Notes under the pieces: model-generated
Told to the model about the DNA's origin: nothing
What the model saw: the letters and a program-made list of their open reading frames with translations, nothing else
Database searches by the model: none
Assembly: GCF_044704955.1 (NCBI RefSeq)
Contig: NC_091999.1
Location: forward strand, 5,518,001-5,582,000
From: Pristiophorus japonicus
Taxonomy: Eukaryota
Length of the DNA: 64,000 bases
Reading direction: 5' to 3'
Part shown: one piece after another, positions 50,301-64,000 of the stretch
Layout of the letters: the number at the start of each line of letters is the position of its first letter
Numbering within the stretch: position 1 is the stretch's first letter
Translations under genes and position numbers: made by a program

Positions 50301-53300
50301 CAGCATTACCTGATGAGCCTGATGACTGTAGCTCAAATGCCTGGAGGACAAAGTGCCCTAAGACCACCATCTCTTGTTCAGATGCTGCGACAAAGGAGAA
50401 CTGTGGAAACATTACTGGCCGAGTGATAGACATCAAGAATGCTCAACAGGAGACATATCTTCATCAGTTGAGCCTTCTGAATGACTATCTCTCACTCTCA
50501 GTGTGGATGGTGACCAGTATGCCCACTAGTAGATAGTTCCTCTGATGGTGAAACATACAAAGATAGAAACAAAGAAACATAGAAATATACTGCGCAGAAG
50601 GAGGCCATTTCGATTTTGGCCCATCGTATCTGTGCTGGCTGACAAAGAGCCGCACGTACCTTGGTCATCAGCCCTAAAAGTTACATATAAACCTTTGAGC
50701 AATGCCGGAAAGGCAAAGAGAACCCAGCCCAACCAGTCCGCCTCACACAACTGCGGCACCCCTTATCCTGAGAACATCTACACTCCACCCCAACCGGAGC
50801 CATGTGATCTCCTGAGAGAGGCAAAAACCAGAAAAATTCCCAGGCCAATTTAGGGAGACAAAAATCTGGGAACATTCCTCTCCGACCCATCCAGGCGATC
50901 GACACGAGTCCAGCAGATCATACCCTGGCCGTATTCTATTCCCTGCAGTACTTACCATTATATCTGCGCCATTCAACAAGTGGTCATCCAATCTAATCCC
51001 AATCACCAGCTCTAGGTCCATAACCCTGCAGGTTACTGCACTTTAAGTGCTCATCCAACCATCTCTTAAAAGTGGTGAGGGTTTCTGCATCCACCACTCT
51101 TCCAGGCAGCGAGTTCCAGATCCCCACAACCCTCTGCGTAAAGAAGCAGCCCCTAAAATCCCCTCTAAACCTTCCACCAACCACCTTAAAACTATGCCCC
51201 CTCGTAATGGACACCTCCATATAAACATAGAAACATAGAACATATGTGCAGGAGTAGGCCATTCGAATCTGCACCACCATTCAATATGACCATGGCTGAT
51301 CATGCAACTTCAGTACCCTATTCCTGCTTTCTCTCCATACCCCTTGATCCCTTTAGCCGTAAGGGCCACATCTAACTCCCTCTTGAATATATCTAACGAA
51401 CTGGCCGCAAAAACTTTCTGTGGAAGAGGATTCCACAGGTTCACAATTCTCGGAGTGAAGAATTTTCTCCTCATCTCGGTCCTAAATGGCTTACCCCTTA
51501 TCCTTAGACTGGTGACCCCTGGTTCTGGACTTCCCCAACAAAGGGAACATTCTGTCCAGTCCCGTCAGATATTTCTACGTTTCTATGAGATCCCACCTCA
51601 TTCTTCTAATTTCCAGTGAATGTAAGCCCCGTCGATCCAGTCTTTCTTCATATGTCAGTCCTGCCATCCCGGGAATCAGTCTGGTGAAACTTCGCTGCAC
51701 TCCCTCAATAGCAAGAATGTCCTTCCTCAGATTAGGAGACCAAAACTGAACACAATATTCAAGGTGTGGCCTCACCAAGGCCCTGTCCAACTGGTGTACG
51801 ATCTCACCGCTCCTGCACTCAAATCCTCTCGCTATTAAGGCCAATATGCCATTTGTCTTCTTCACTGGCTGCTATGTCCAACAATGGAAATAGACCGTTA
51901 CTATTCACTATGTCCAGGCCCCTCAATATTTTGTACACATTGATGAGGTCTCATCTCAACCTCCTCTGTTCCAATGAGAACAAACCTAGCCTATCAATCT
52001 GTCCTCATAACGAAGATTCCCAATTCCATGTTGCATCCTAGTAAATCTCCTCTGCATCCTCTCCAGTGCAATCACATCCTTCCTATTGTTCGGCAACCAG
52101 AACTGCACGCAGTACTCCAGCTGTGGCCTAACCAAAGTATTATACAATTTTTGCATAAGCTCCTTGCTCTTATACTCTATTACTGGGCTAATAAAGGCAA
52201 GCATTGCATATGCCTTCTTAACCACATTATCCCCCTGGCCTGCTATTTTCAGGGATCTGTGGACAAGCACTCCAAGGTCACTTTGTTCATCTATGCTATT
52301 ATGGGCCTACCACCTAATGTATATATCCTATCCTTTTTAGCCCTCTCAAAGTGCATCACCTCGCACTTCTTTGAATTATATTCCATTTGCAAATGCTCCC
52401 CCACCTGACCAGTGGATTGATATCCTCCTGCAGCCCATGACTTTCCTCTTCATTATCACCCATAGACATGTTGACTTACCCCGCACCGAGTCTGAAAGTG
52501 TACAATGTCCTATTATACTGTTCACACCCCGAGCCTGCTGAAATGACCAGTGAACTCATCCATGTCCACTGGCCTTGAAGCCCATTTCTCCTGAATGTCG
52601 CAGCAGTACCTGAAGAGCCTGATGACTGTAGCCCAAATGCCTGGAGGACACAAAGCCCCAAGACCACCATCTCTCGTTCAGATGTTGCGACAAAGGAGAA
52701 CTGTGGAAACATTACTGGCCGAGTGATAGACATCAAGAATGCTCAAGTGGAGACATATCTTCATCAGTTGAGCCTTCTGGATGACTATCACTCACTCTCA
52801 GTGTGGATGATGACCAGTATGCCCACTAGTAGATAGTTCCTCTGATGGTCAAACATAGAAACATAGAAACATAGAAATTTACAGCGCAGAAGGACGTTAT
52901 TTCGGCCTATTGTCGTACGACCCTCGGTCAGCAACCTTAAAGTTTACAATATAAACCTATGAAGAATGACGGAAAGGCAAAGAGCACCCAGCCGAACCAG
53001 TCCGCCTCACAGAACTGCGGCACCCTTATAATGAAACATTCTACACTCCACCCCAACCGGAGACATGTGATCTCGTGGGAGAGGCAAAAATCAGCTAAAA
53101 ACACAGGCCAATTTAGGGAGAAAGAATCTGGGAAAATTACTTTCCGACCCACCCAGGCGATCGACAGTAGTCCAGGAGTTCACCCTGGCCTGCAGTACTT
53201 ACCATTGTATCTGCGCCGTCCAACAAACGGTCATCCAGTCTAATTCCAATTACCAGCTCTAGGTCCGTAACCCTGCAGGTTACTGCACTTTAAGTGCCCA

Positions 53301-56300
53301 TCCAACCATCTCTTAAAAGTGGTGTGGGTTTCTGCATCCATCACTCTTCCAGGCAGCGAGTTTCAGACCCCCACAACTCTCTGCGTAAAGAAGCCCCCCC
53401 TCAAATCCCCTCCAAACCTTCCACCAACCACCTTAAAACTATGCCCCTTCGTAATGGAGCCCTGCACTAATGGAAATAGACCCTTACTATCCACTATTTC
53501 CAGGCCCCTCAATATTGTGTACACCTCGATGAGGTCTCCTCTCAACCTTCTCTGTTCCAATGAGAACAAACCCAGCCAATCCAATCTGTCCTCATAACTA
53601 AAATTCTCCATTCCAGACAAGCATCCTGGTAAATCTCCTCTGCACCCTCTCTAGTACAGTCACGTCCTTCCTATAATACAGCACCAGAACTCCAGCACTC
53701 CAGCAGTGGCCTAACCAAAGTATTATACAATTTCAGCATAACTTCACTGCTCTTATATTCTCTGCCTTGGCCAAAATAGGCTAGCATTCCGTATCTTCAG
53801 CCGTTGAGACTTCTGGATGACTATCACTCACTCTCAGTGTGGATGGTGACCAGTATGCCCACTAGTAGATAGTTCCTCTGATGGTCAAACATAGAAACAT
53901 AGAAATTTACAATGCAGATTTACATTTCGGCCTATTGTGTCCACGCATGGCCCTTGTTCAACAGCCTGAAAGTTTATATATAAACCTATGAACGATGACA
54001 GAAGGGCAAAAATCACACAGCCCAACCAGTCCGCCTCACACAACTGCGACACTCCTTATACTGAAAACATTCTACACCCCACCCCAACCGGAGACATGTG
54101 ATCTCCTAGGAGAGGCAAAAAACAGAAAAAACCCAGGCCAATTTAGGGAGAAAAAATCTGGGAAAATTCCTCTCCGACCCATCCAGGTGATCGACACTAG
54201 TCCAGGAGATCACCCTGGCCGTATTCTATTCGCTGCAGTATTTACCATTATATCTATACCATCCAATAATAGGTCATCCAGTCTAATCCCAATTACCAGC
54301 TCTTGGTCCGTAACCCTGCAGGTTACTACACTTTAAGTGCCCATCCAACCATCTCTTAAATGTGGTGAGAGTTTCTGCAGCGGGTTCCAGATCCCCACAA
54401 CCCTCTGCGTAAAGAAACGCCCCTCAAATCCCCTCTAAACCTTCCACCAACCACCTTAAAACTAATGCCCCTTCATAATAGACCCCTCCATAGAAACATA
54501 GAAACATACAACACAGGTGGCGAAGCAGGCATTTTGGCCCTTCGAGCCTGCACCACCATTCAATATGACCATGGCTGATCATGCAACTTCAGTACACCAT
54601 TTCTGCTTTCTCTCCATTCCCATTGGTCCCTTTAGCTGTAAGGGCCATATCTAACTCCCTTTTGAATATATCTAACGAACTGGCCGCAACAACCTTCTGT
54701 GGAAGAAGATTCCACAGGTTCACAATTCACTGAGTGAAGAAGTTTCTCCTCATCTCGGTCCTAAATGGCTTACCCCTTATCCTTAGACTGTGACCCCAGG
54801 TTCTGGACTCCCCCAATATCGGTAACATTCTTCCTGCATCTAACCTGTCGAAACCCGTCAGAATTTTATATGTTTCTATGAGATCCCCCCCTCATTCTTC
54901 TAATTTCCAGTGAACATAAGCCTAGTAGATCCAGTCTTTCTTCATATGTCAGTCCTGCCATCCCGGGAATCAGTCTAGTGAACCTTCGCTGTACTCCCTC
55001 AATAGCAAGAATGTCCTTTCTCAGATTTGGAGGCCAAAACTGTCCGCAATATTCAAGGTGTGGCCTCACCAAGGCCCTGTACAATTGCAGTAAGATCTCC
55101 TTGCTCCTACACTCAAATCCTCTCGCAATGAAGGCCAACATGCTATTTGCCTTCTTCACCGCCTGCTATTTCCAACAATGGAAATACACCGTTACTATCC
55201 ACTTGGCCCCTATGTACAGGTCCCTCAACATTTTGTACACCTCGATGAGCTCTCGTCTCAAACTCCTCTTTTTCAATGAGAACAAACCCAGCCTATCCAA
55301 TCTGTCCTCATAACTAAGATTCTGCATTCCAGGCAGCATCCTAGTAAATCTCCTCTGCACCCTCTCTTGTGCAATCACGTCCTTCCTGTAACACAGTGAC
55401 CAGCACTGCACACAGTACTCCAGTTGTGGCCAAACCAAAGTATGATACATTTTAAGCATAACCTCCCTGCTCTTATATTCTATGCCTCGGCCAATAAAGG
55501 CAAGCATTCCGTATGCCTTCTTAACCAACTTATCCAGGCGATTGACACTAGTCCAGGAGATCACTCTGGCCGTATTCTATTTCCTGCAGTACTTACCATT
55601 TTATCTGTGCCGTCCAACAAAAGGTCATCCAGTCCAATCCCAATTACCAGCTCTAGGTCCGTAACCCTGCAGGTTACTGCACTTTAAGTGCCCATCCAAC
55701 CATCTCTTAAAAGTGGTGAGGGTTTCTGCATCCACCACTCTTCCAGGCAGCGAGTTCCAGATCCCCACCACCCTCTGCGTAAAGAAGCAGCCCCTAAAAT
55801 ACCCTCTAAACCTTCCACCAACCACCTTAAAACTATTTCCCCTCGTAATGGACACCTCCATATAAACATAGAAACATAGAACATAGGTGCAGAAGTTGGC
55901 CATTCGAGCCTGCACCACCATTCAATATGACCATGGCTGATCATGCAACTTCAGTACCCCATTCCTGCTTTCTCTCCATACCCCTTGATCCCTTTAGCCG
56001 TAAAGGCCACATCTAACTCCCTTTTGAATATATCTAACGAACTGGCCACAAACACTTTCTGTAGAAGAGTATTCTACGGGTTCACAATTCTCGGAGTGAA
56101 GAAGTTTCTCCTCATCTCGGTCCTAAATGGCTTACCCCTTATCCTTAGACTGTGAGCCCTGGTTCTGGACTTCCCCAACAAGGGTAACATTCTGTCCAGT
56201 CCCGTCAGATATTTCTATGTTTCTATGAGATCCCACCTCATTCTTCTCATTTCCAGTGAATATAAGTCTAGTCGATCCAGTCTTTCTTCATATGTCAGTC

Positions 56301-59300
56301 CTGCCATCCTGGGAATCAGTCTGGTGAAACTTCGCTGCACTCCCTCAATAGCAAGAATGTCCTTCCTCAGATTAGGAGACCAAAACTGAACACAATATTC
56401 AAGGTGTGGCCTCACCAAGGCCCTGTCCAACTGGTGTAAGATCTCACCGCTCCTGCACTCAAAGCCTCTCGCGATGAAGGCCAATATGCCATTTGTCTTC
56501 TTCACCGACTGCTATTTCCATCAATGGAAATAGACCGTTACTGTCCACTATGACGAGGCCCCTCTCAGGTGGACCCTTTTGTACACATCGATGAGGTCTC
56601 ATCTCAACCTCCTCTGTTCCAATGAGAACAAACCCAGCCTATCCAATCTGTCCTCATAACTAAGATTCCCAATTCCACGTTGCATCCTAGTAAATCTCCT
56701 CTGCATCCTCTCCAGTGCAATCACATCCTTCCTATTATTCGGCAACCAGAACTGCACGCAGTACTCCAGCTGTGGCCTAACCAAAGTATTGTACAATTTT
56801 TGCATAAGCTCCTTGCTCTTATACTCAATTAAAGGGCCAATAAAGGCAAGCATTGCATATGGCTTCTTAACCACATTATCCCCCTGGCCTGCTATTTTCA
56901 GGGATCTGCGGACAAGCACTCCAAGGTCCCTTTGTTCATCTATACTATTAATTGGCCTACCGCTTAATGTGTATAACCAACCTGTCCTTATTAGCTGTCC
57001 CAAAGTGCATCACCTGACACTTCTCTGAATTATATTCTATTTGCCCGTGCTCTGCCCACCTGACCAGTAGATTGATATCCTCCTGCAGCCCATGACTTTC
57101 CTCTTCATTATCACCCATAGACATGCTGACTTACCCCACACCGAGTCTGAAAGTGTCCAATGTCCTATTATACCGTTCACACCCTGAGCCTGCTGAAATG
57201 ACAATTGAATTCATCCATGTCCACTGGCCTTGAAGCCCATTCCTCCTGAATGTCGCAGCATTACCTGAAGAGCCTGATGACTGTAGCCCAAAAACCACCA
57301 TCTCTGGTTCAGATGCTGCGACAAAGGAGAACTGTGGAAACAATACTGGCCGAGTGATAGACATCAAGAATGCTCAACTGGAGACATATCTTCATCAGTT
57401 GAGCCTTCTGGATCACCGTCACTCACTCTCAGTGCAGATGGTAACCAGTATGCCCACTAGTAGATAGTTCCTCTGATGGTCAAACATAGAAACATAGAAA
57501 CAGAGAAATTTGCAGCACAGAAGGGGGCCATTTCGGCCCAGCGTGTCCGCGCCGTCCAAGAAAAATCCGCTCAGCCCTTGGTCAGCAGCGCCAAACATTA
57601 CATATAAAACTATGAACAATGACAGAAAGGCAAAGAGCACCCAGCCCAACCAGTCTGCCTCACACAACTGTGACACCCCTTATACTGAAACATTCTACAC
57701 TCCTCCCCAGCTGGAGCCATGTGATCTCCTGGGAGAGGCAAAAACCAGATAAAAACCCAGGCCAATTTAGGGAGAAAAAATCTGGGAAAATTCCTCTCTG
57801 ACCCATCCAGGCGATCGACACTAGTCCAGGAGATCAGACCCTGGCCATATTCTATTCCCTGCATTACTGACCATTATATCTGCACCGTCCAACAAAAGGT
57901 CATCCAGTCTAATCCCAATTACCAGCTCGAGGTTCATAACCCTGCAGGTTACTGCACTTTAAGTGCCCATCAAACCGTCTCTTAAAAGTGGTGAGGGTTT
58001 CTGTATTCACCACTCTTCCAGGCAGCGAGTTCCAGATCCCCACAGCCCTCTGCGTAAAGAAGCCCCCCTCAAATCCGCTCTATATCTTCCAACAACCACC
58101 TCAAAACTATGCCCACTTGTAATAGACCCCGACATAGAAACAGAGAAACATAGAAAATAGGTGCAGGAGTAGGCCATTCAGCCCTCCGAGCCTGCACCAC
58201 CATTCAATCTGACCATGGCTGATCATTCACCTCAGTACCCCATTCCTGCTTTCTCCCCATACCTCTTGATCCCTTTAGCCATAAGGGCCACATCTAACTC
58301 CCTTTTGAATATATCTAATGAACTGGCCTCAACAACATTCTGTGGTAGAGAATTCCACAGGTTCACAATTCTCTGAATGAAGAAGGTTCTCCCCATCTCT
58401 GTCCTAAATGGCTTACCCCTTATCCTTAGACTATGACCACTGTTTCTGGGCTTCCCCAACATCGGAAACATTCTTCCTGCATCTAACATGCCCAATCCCG
58501 TCAGATATTTATATGTTTCTATCAGATCCCCTCTCATTCTTCTAAATTCCAGTGAATATAAGCCTAGTCGATCCAGTCTTTCTTCATATGTCAGCACTAC
58601 CATCCCGGGAATCAGTCTGGAGAAACTTCGCTGCACTCCATCAATAGCACGAATGTCGTTCCTCAGATTAGGAGGCCAAAACTGTACACAATATTCAAAG
58701 CCCTACACAACTGCAGTAAGACCTCCCTGCTCCTATACTCAAATCCCTCTCGCGATGAATGCCAACATGCCATTTGTCTTCTTCACCGCTTGCTATTTCC
58801 ACCAATGGTAATAGACTCTTACTCTCCACTATGTGCAGGCCCCTCAATATTTTGTACACTTCGATGAGGTCTCCTCTCAACCTCCTCTTTTTCAATGAGA
58901 ACAAACACAGGCTATCAAATATGTCCTCATAACTAAGATTCTCTATTCTAGGCAGCAACCTAGTAAATCTCCTCTGCACCCTCTCTAGTGGAATCATGTC
59001 CTTCCTATAATAGGGCAACCAGAACTACACGCAGAGCTACAGCTGTGACCGAACCAAAGTATTATACAATTTAAGCATGAACTCCCTGTGCTTATAGTCC
59101 ATTTCTCGGCCAATAAAGGCAAGCATTCCGTACACCTTCTCAACCGCCTTATCCACTTGGCCTGCTACTGAAGTGAACTCATCCTTTACCACTGACCTTG
59201 AAGCCCATTCCTCCTGAATGGCGCAGCATTACCTGAAGAGCCTGATGACTGCAGCCCAAATGCCTGGAGGATACAGTGCCCCAAGACCAACATCTCACGT

Positions 59301-62300
59301 TCAGATGTTGCGACAAAGGAGAACTGTGGATACATTACTGGCCGAGTGATAGACATCAAGAATGCTCAACTGGAGACATATCTTCATCAGTTGAGCCTTC
59401 TGGATGACTATCACTCACTCTCAGTGCGGATGGTGACCAGTCTGCCCACTAGTAGATAGTTCCTCTGATGGTCAAACATAGAAACATAGAAATTTACAGC
59501 ACAGAAGGACGTTATTTCGGCCTATTGTGTCCGCGCCGGCCGACAAAGAGTCGTACGACCCTCGGTCAGCAGCCTTAAAGTTTACATATAAACCTATGAA
59601 GAATGAGGGAAAGGCAAAGAGCACTCCGCCCAACCAGTCCACCTCACACAACTGCGACACCCCTTATAATGAAACATTCTACACTCCACCCCAACCAGAG
59701 ACATGTGATCTCCTGGGAGAGGCAAAAATCGGCTAAAAACACAGGCCAATTTAGGGAGAAAGAATCTGGGAAAATTCCTCTTCGACCCACCCAGGCGATC
59801 GACACTAGTCCAGGAGATCACCCTGGCCTGCAGTACTTACCATTATATCTGCGCCGTCCAACAAAAGGTCATCCAGTCTAATCCCAATTACCAGCTCTAG
59901 GTCCGTAACCCTGCAGGTTACTGCACTTTAAGTGCCCATCCAACCATCTCTGAAAAGTGGTGTGGGTTTCTGCATCCATCACTCTTCCAGGCAGCAAGTT
60001 CCAGACCCCCACAACCCTCTGCGTAAAGAAGCCACCCCTCAAATCCCCTCCAAACCTTCCACCAACCACCTTAAAACTATGCCCCTTCGTAATGGAGCCC
60101 TGCACTAATGGAAATAGACCATTACCCTCCACTATGTCCAGGCCCCTCAATATTTTGTACACCTCGATGAGGTCTCCTCTCAACCTTCTTTGTTCCAATG
60201 AGAACAAACCCAGCCAATCCAATCTGTCCTCATAACTAAGATTCTCCATTCCAGACAGCATCCTGGTAAATCTCCTCTGCTCACTCTCTAGTACAGTCAC
60301 GTCCTTCCTATAATACAGCACCAGAACTGCACACAGTACTCCAGCAGTGGCCGAACCAAAGTATTATACAATTTCAGCATAACTTCACTGCTCTTATATT
60401 CTCTGCCTTGGCCAAAATAGGCAAGCATTCCGTATCTTCACCCGTTGAGCCTTCTGGATGACAATCACTCACACTCAGTGTGGATGATGACCAGTATGCC
60501 CACTAGTAGATAGTTCCTCTGATGGTCAAACATAGAAACATAGAAATTTACAACGCAGATTTACATTTCGGCCTATTGTGTCCACGCATGGCCCTTGTTC
60601 AACAGCCTGAAAGTTTATATATAAACCTATGAACGATGACGGAAGGGCAAAGAGCACCCAGCCCAACCAGTCCGCCTCACACAACTGCGACACTCCTTAT
60701 ACTGAAAACATTCTAGACCCCACCCCAACCGGAGACATGTGATCTCCTGGGAGAGGCAAAAAACAGATAAAAACCCAGGCCAATTTAGGGAGAAAAAATC
60801 TGGGAAAATTCCTCTCCGACCCATCCAGGTGATCGACACTAGTCCAGGAGATCACCCTGGCCGTATTCTATTCCCTGCAGTATTTACCATTATATCTACA
60901 CCATCCAATAATAGGTCATCCAGTCTAATCCCAATTACCAGCTCTTGGTCCGTAACCTTGCACGTTACTGCACTTTAAGTGCACATCCAACCATCTCTTA
61001 AATGTGGTGAGGGTTTCTGCAGCGGGTTCCAGATCCCCACAACCCTCTGCGTAAAGAAGCCCACCTCAAATCCCCTCTAAACCTTCCACCAACCACCTTA
61101 AAATTATGCCCCTTCGTAATGGAGCCCTGCACTAATGGAAATAGACCATTACCCTCCACTATGTCCAGGCCCCTCAATATTTTGTACACCTCGATGAGGT
61201 CTCCTCTCAACCTTCTCTGTTCCAATGAGCACAAACCCAGCCAATCCAATCTGTCCTCATAACTAAGATTCTGCATTCCAGGCAGCATCCTAGTAAATCT
61301 TCTCTGCACTCTCTGTAGTGCAATCACGTCCTTCCTGTAACACAGTGACCAGCACTGCACACAGTACTCCAGTTGTGGCCAAACCAAAGTATGATACATT
61401 TTAAGCATAACCTCCCTGCTCTTATATTCTATGCCTCGGCCAATAAAGGCAAGCATTCCGTATGCCTTCTTAACCAACTTATCTACCTGGCCTGATACTT
61501 TCAGGGATCTGTGGACAAGCACTCAAGTTCCCTTTGGACATCTACACTACTCAGTGGCCGACCGCTTATTGTGTATACTCTTTCCTTATTAGCCCTCACA
61601 AAGTTTATCACCTCACACTTCGCTGACTGATATTCCATTTGCCACTGCTCTTCTGCCCACCTGACCAGTACATTCATATCCTCCTGCGACAAACGAGAAG
61701 TGTGGCAACATTACTGGCCGAGTGATAGACATCAAGAATGCTCAACGAGAGACATATCTTCATCAGTTGAGCCTTCTGGATGACTATCTCTCGCTTTCAG
61801 TGTGGATGGTGACCAGTATATGCGCACTAGTAGATAGTTCCTCTGATGGTCAAACATAGAAACATAGAAACAGAGAAATTTACAGCGCAGAAGGAGGCCA
61901 TTTCGACCCATCATGTCCACGCCGGCCGACAAAGAGCCGCACGGCCCTTGGTCAGCAGCCCTAAAGGTTACATCTAAACCTATGAACAATGACGGAAAAG
62001 CAAAGATCACCCAGCCCAACCAGTTCGCCTCACACAACTGCGACATACCTTATACTGAAAACATCTGCACTCCATCCCAACTGGAGCCATGCGATCTCCT
62101 GGGAGAGGCAAAAATCAGATCAAAACCCAGGCCAATTTAGGGAGAAAAAATCTGCAAAAATTCCTCCCCGACCCACCATTATATCTGCACTGTCCAACAA
62201 AGGGTCATCCAGTCTAATCGCAATTACCAGCTCTAGGTCCGTAACCCTGCAGGTTACTGCACTTTAAGTGCCCAGCCAACCATCTCTTAAAAGTGGTGAG

Positions 62301-64000
62301 GGTTTCTGCATCCACCACTCTTCCAGGCAGCGAGTTCCAGATCCCCACAACACTCTGCGTATAGAAGCCCCTCTCAAATCCTCTCTAAACCTTCCACCAG
62401 CCACCTCCAAAACTATGCCCCATCATAACATACCCCTCCACCAATGGAAATAGACCCTTACTATCCACTATGTCCAGGCCTCTCAATATTTTGTACACCT
62501 CGATGAGGTCTCCTCTCAACCTCCTCTGTTCCAATGAGAACAAACCCAGTCTATCCAATCTCTCCTCATTACTAAGTTTCTCCATTCCAGGCAGCATCCG
62601 AGTAAATCTCCTCTGCACCCTCTCTCGTGCAACCACATCCTTCCTATAATACAGTGACCAGAACTGCAAGCACGACAACAGTGGCCTAACCAAAGTATTA
62701 TACAATTTAAGCATAACCTCCTTGCTCTTATATTCCATGCCTTGGCCAAAATAGACATGCATGCTGATTGCCTTCTTAACCACCTTATCCACCTGGCCTG
62801 CTACTTTCAGGGATCTGCGGACAAGCACTCCAAGGTCCCTTTGTTCATCTACACTATTAAGTGGCCTACTGCTTAATGTGTATAACCTTTCCTTATTAGC
62901 CCTCCCAAAGTGCATCACCTCACACTTCTCTGAATTATATTCCATTTGCCAGTGCTCTGCCCACCTGACCAGTGGATTGATATCCTCCTGCAGTCCATGA
63001 CCTTTCATTTCATTATCAACCATAGACATGCTGACTTACCCTGCACCGAGTCTGAAAGTGCACAATGTCCTATTATACCGTTCACACCCAGAGCCTGCTG
63101 AAATGACAAGTGAACTCATCCATGTCCACTGGCCTTGAAGCCCATTCCTTCTAAATGTCGCAGCATTACCTGAAGAGCCTGATGACTGTAACCCAAATGG
63201 CTGGAGGACACTGTGCCCCAAGACCATCATCTCTCGGTCAGCTGCTGCGACAAAGGAGAACTGTGGAAACATTACTGGCCGAGTGATAGACATCAAGAAT
63301 GCTCAAGTGGAGACATATCTTCATCAGTTGAGCCTTCTGGATGACTATCTCTCACTCTCAGTGTGGATGGTGACCAGAATGCCCACGAATACATAGTTCC
63401 TCTGATGGTCAAACATAGAAACATAGAAACATTGATATTTACAGCGCAGAAGGAGGCCATTTCGCCCGATTGTGTCCGCGCCGGCCGACAAAGAGCCACG
63501 CAACCCTCGGTCAGCAGCCCTGAAGGTTACATATAAACCTATGAACAATGACAGAAAGGCAAAGAGCACCCAGCCCAACCAGTCCGTCTCACACAACTGC
63601 GACACCCCTTACACTGAAAACATCCACACTCCACCCCAACCGGAGCCATGTGATCCCCTGGGAGAGGCAAAAACCAGATAAAAATCCAGGACAATTTAGG
63701 GAGAAAAAATCTGGGAAAATTCCTCTCCGACCCATCCAGGCGATCGACACGAGTCCAGGATCACTCCCTGGCTGTATTCTATTCCCTGCAGGACTAACCA
63801 TTATATCTGCGCCATGCATATCCAGTCTAATCCCAATTATCACATCTAGGTCCGTAACCCTGCTGGTTGCTGCACTTTAAGTGCCATCCAACCATCTCTT
63901 AAAAGTGGTGAGGGTTTCTGCAGTGAGAATCAGATCCCCACAACCCTCTGCCTAAAGAAGCCCCCCCCTCAAAGCCCCTCTAAACCTTCCACCAACCACC
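47330..64000 (-). repeat. Composite macrosatellite of CR1 3' fragments plus a recurring ~390-bp non-CR1 module
   Basis: Module CATAGACATGCTGACTTACCCC...CTCTGATGGTCA at ~48552, 50161, 52461, 57115 and 63021, with partial copies at ~53800, 59170, 60440 and 61685, each followed by the same CR1 tail junction. Confidence 0.9.

Noticed and set aside
24770-64000. Minus-strand bias of CR1 copies
   Set aside because: Largely explained by tandem amplification of a few original insertions.

Overview
Eukaryotic DNA from a cartilaginous fish (shark), judged from Ig constant-region motifs and shark-type CR1/L2/Deu-SINE repeats. Bases ~1.6-18.3 kb hold a complete but pseudogenised IgM heavy-chain cluster on the + strand: leader, an already joined VDJ exon with no RSS left, CH1-CH4, secretory tail, TM1 and TM2. 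About 17 kb downstream are T-cell-receptor alpha/delta-type V segments: one frameshifted on + and one almost intact on - with a 23-bp RSS, plus fainter V relics. Between and after these lie a 68-bp satellite, a 2.9-kb G-rich 32-bp minisatellite built from switch-region-like pentamers, a chimeric U2/U1/U2 snRNA-derived element, Tx1/RTE/L2/CR1 retrotransposon fragments, a 2.37-kb triplication, an 87-bp repeat and a ~17-kb composite CR1 macrosatellite. No clearly functional protein-coding gene is present. Family assignments are from recalled motifs, not database searches.
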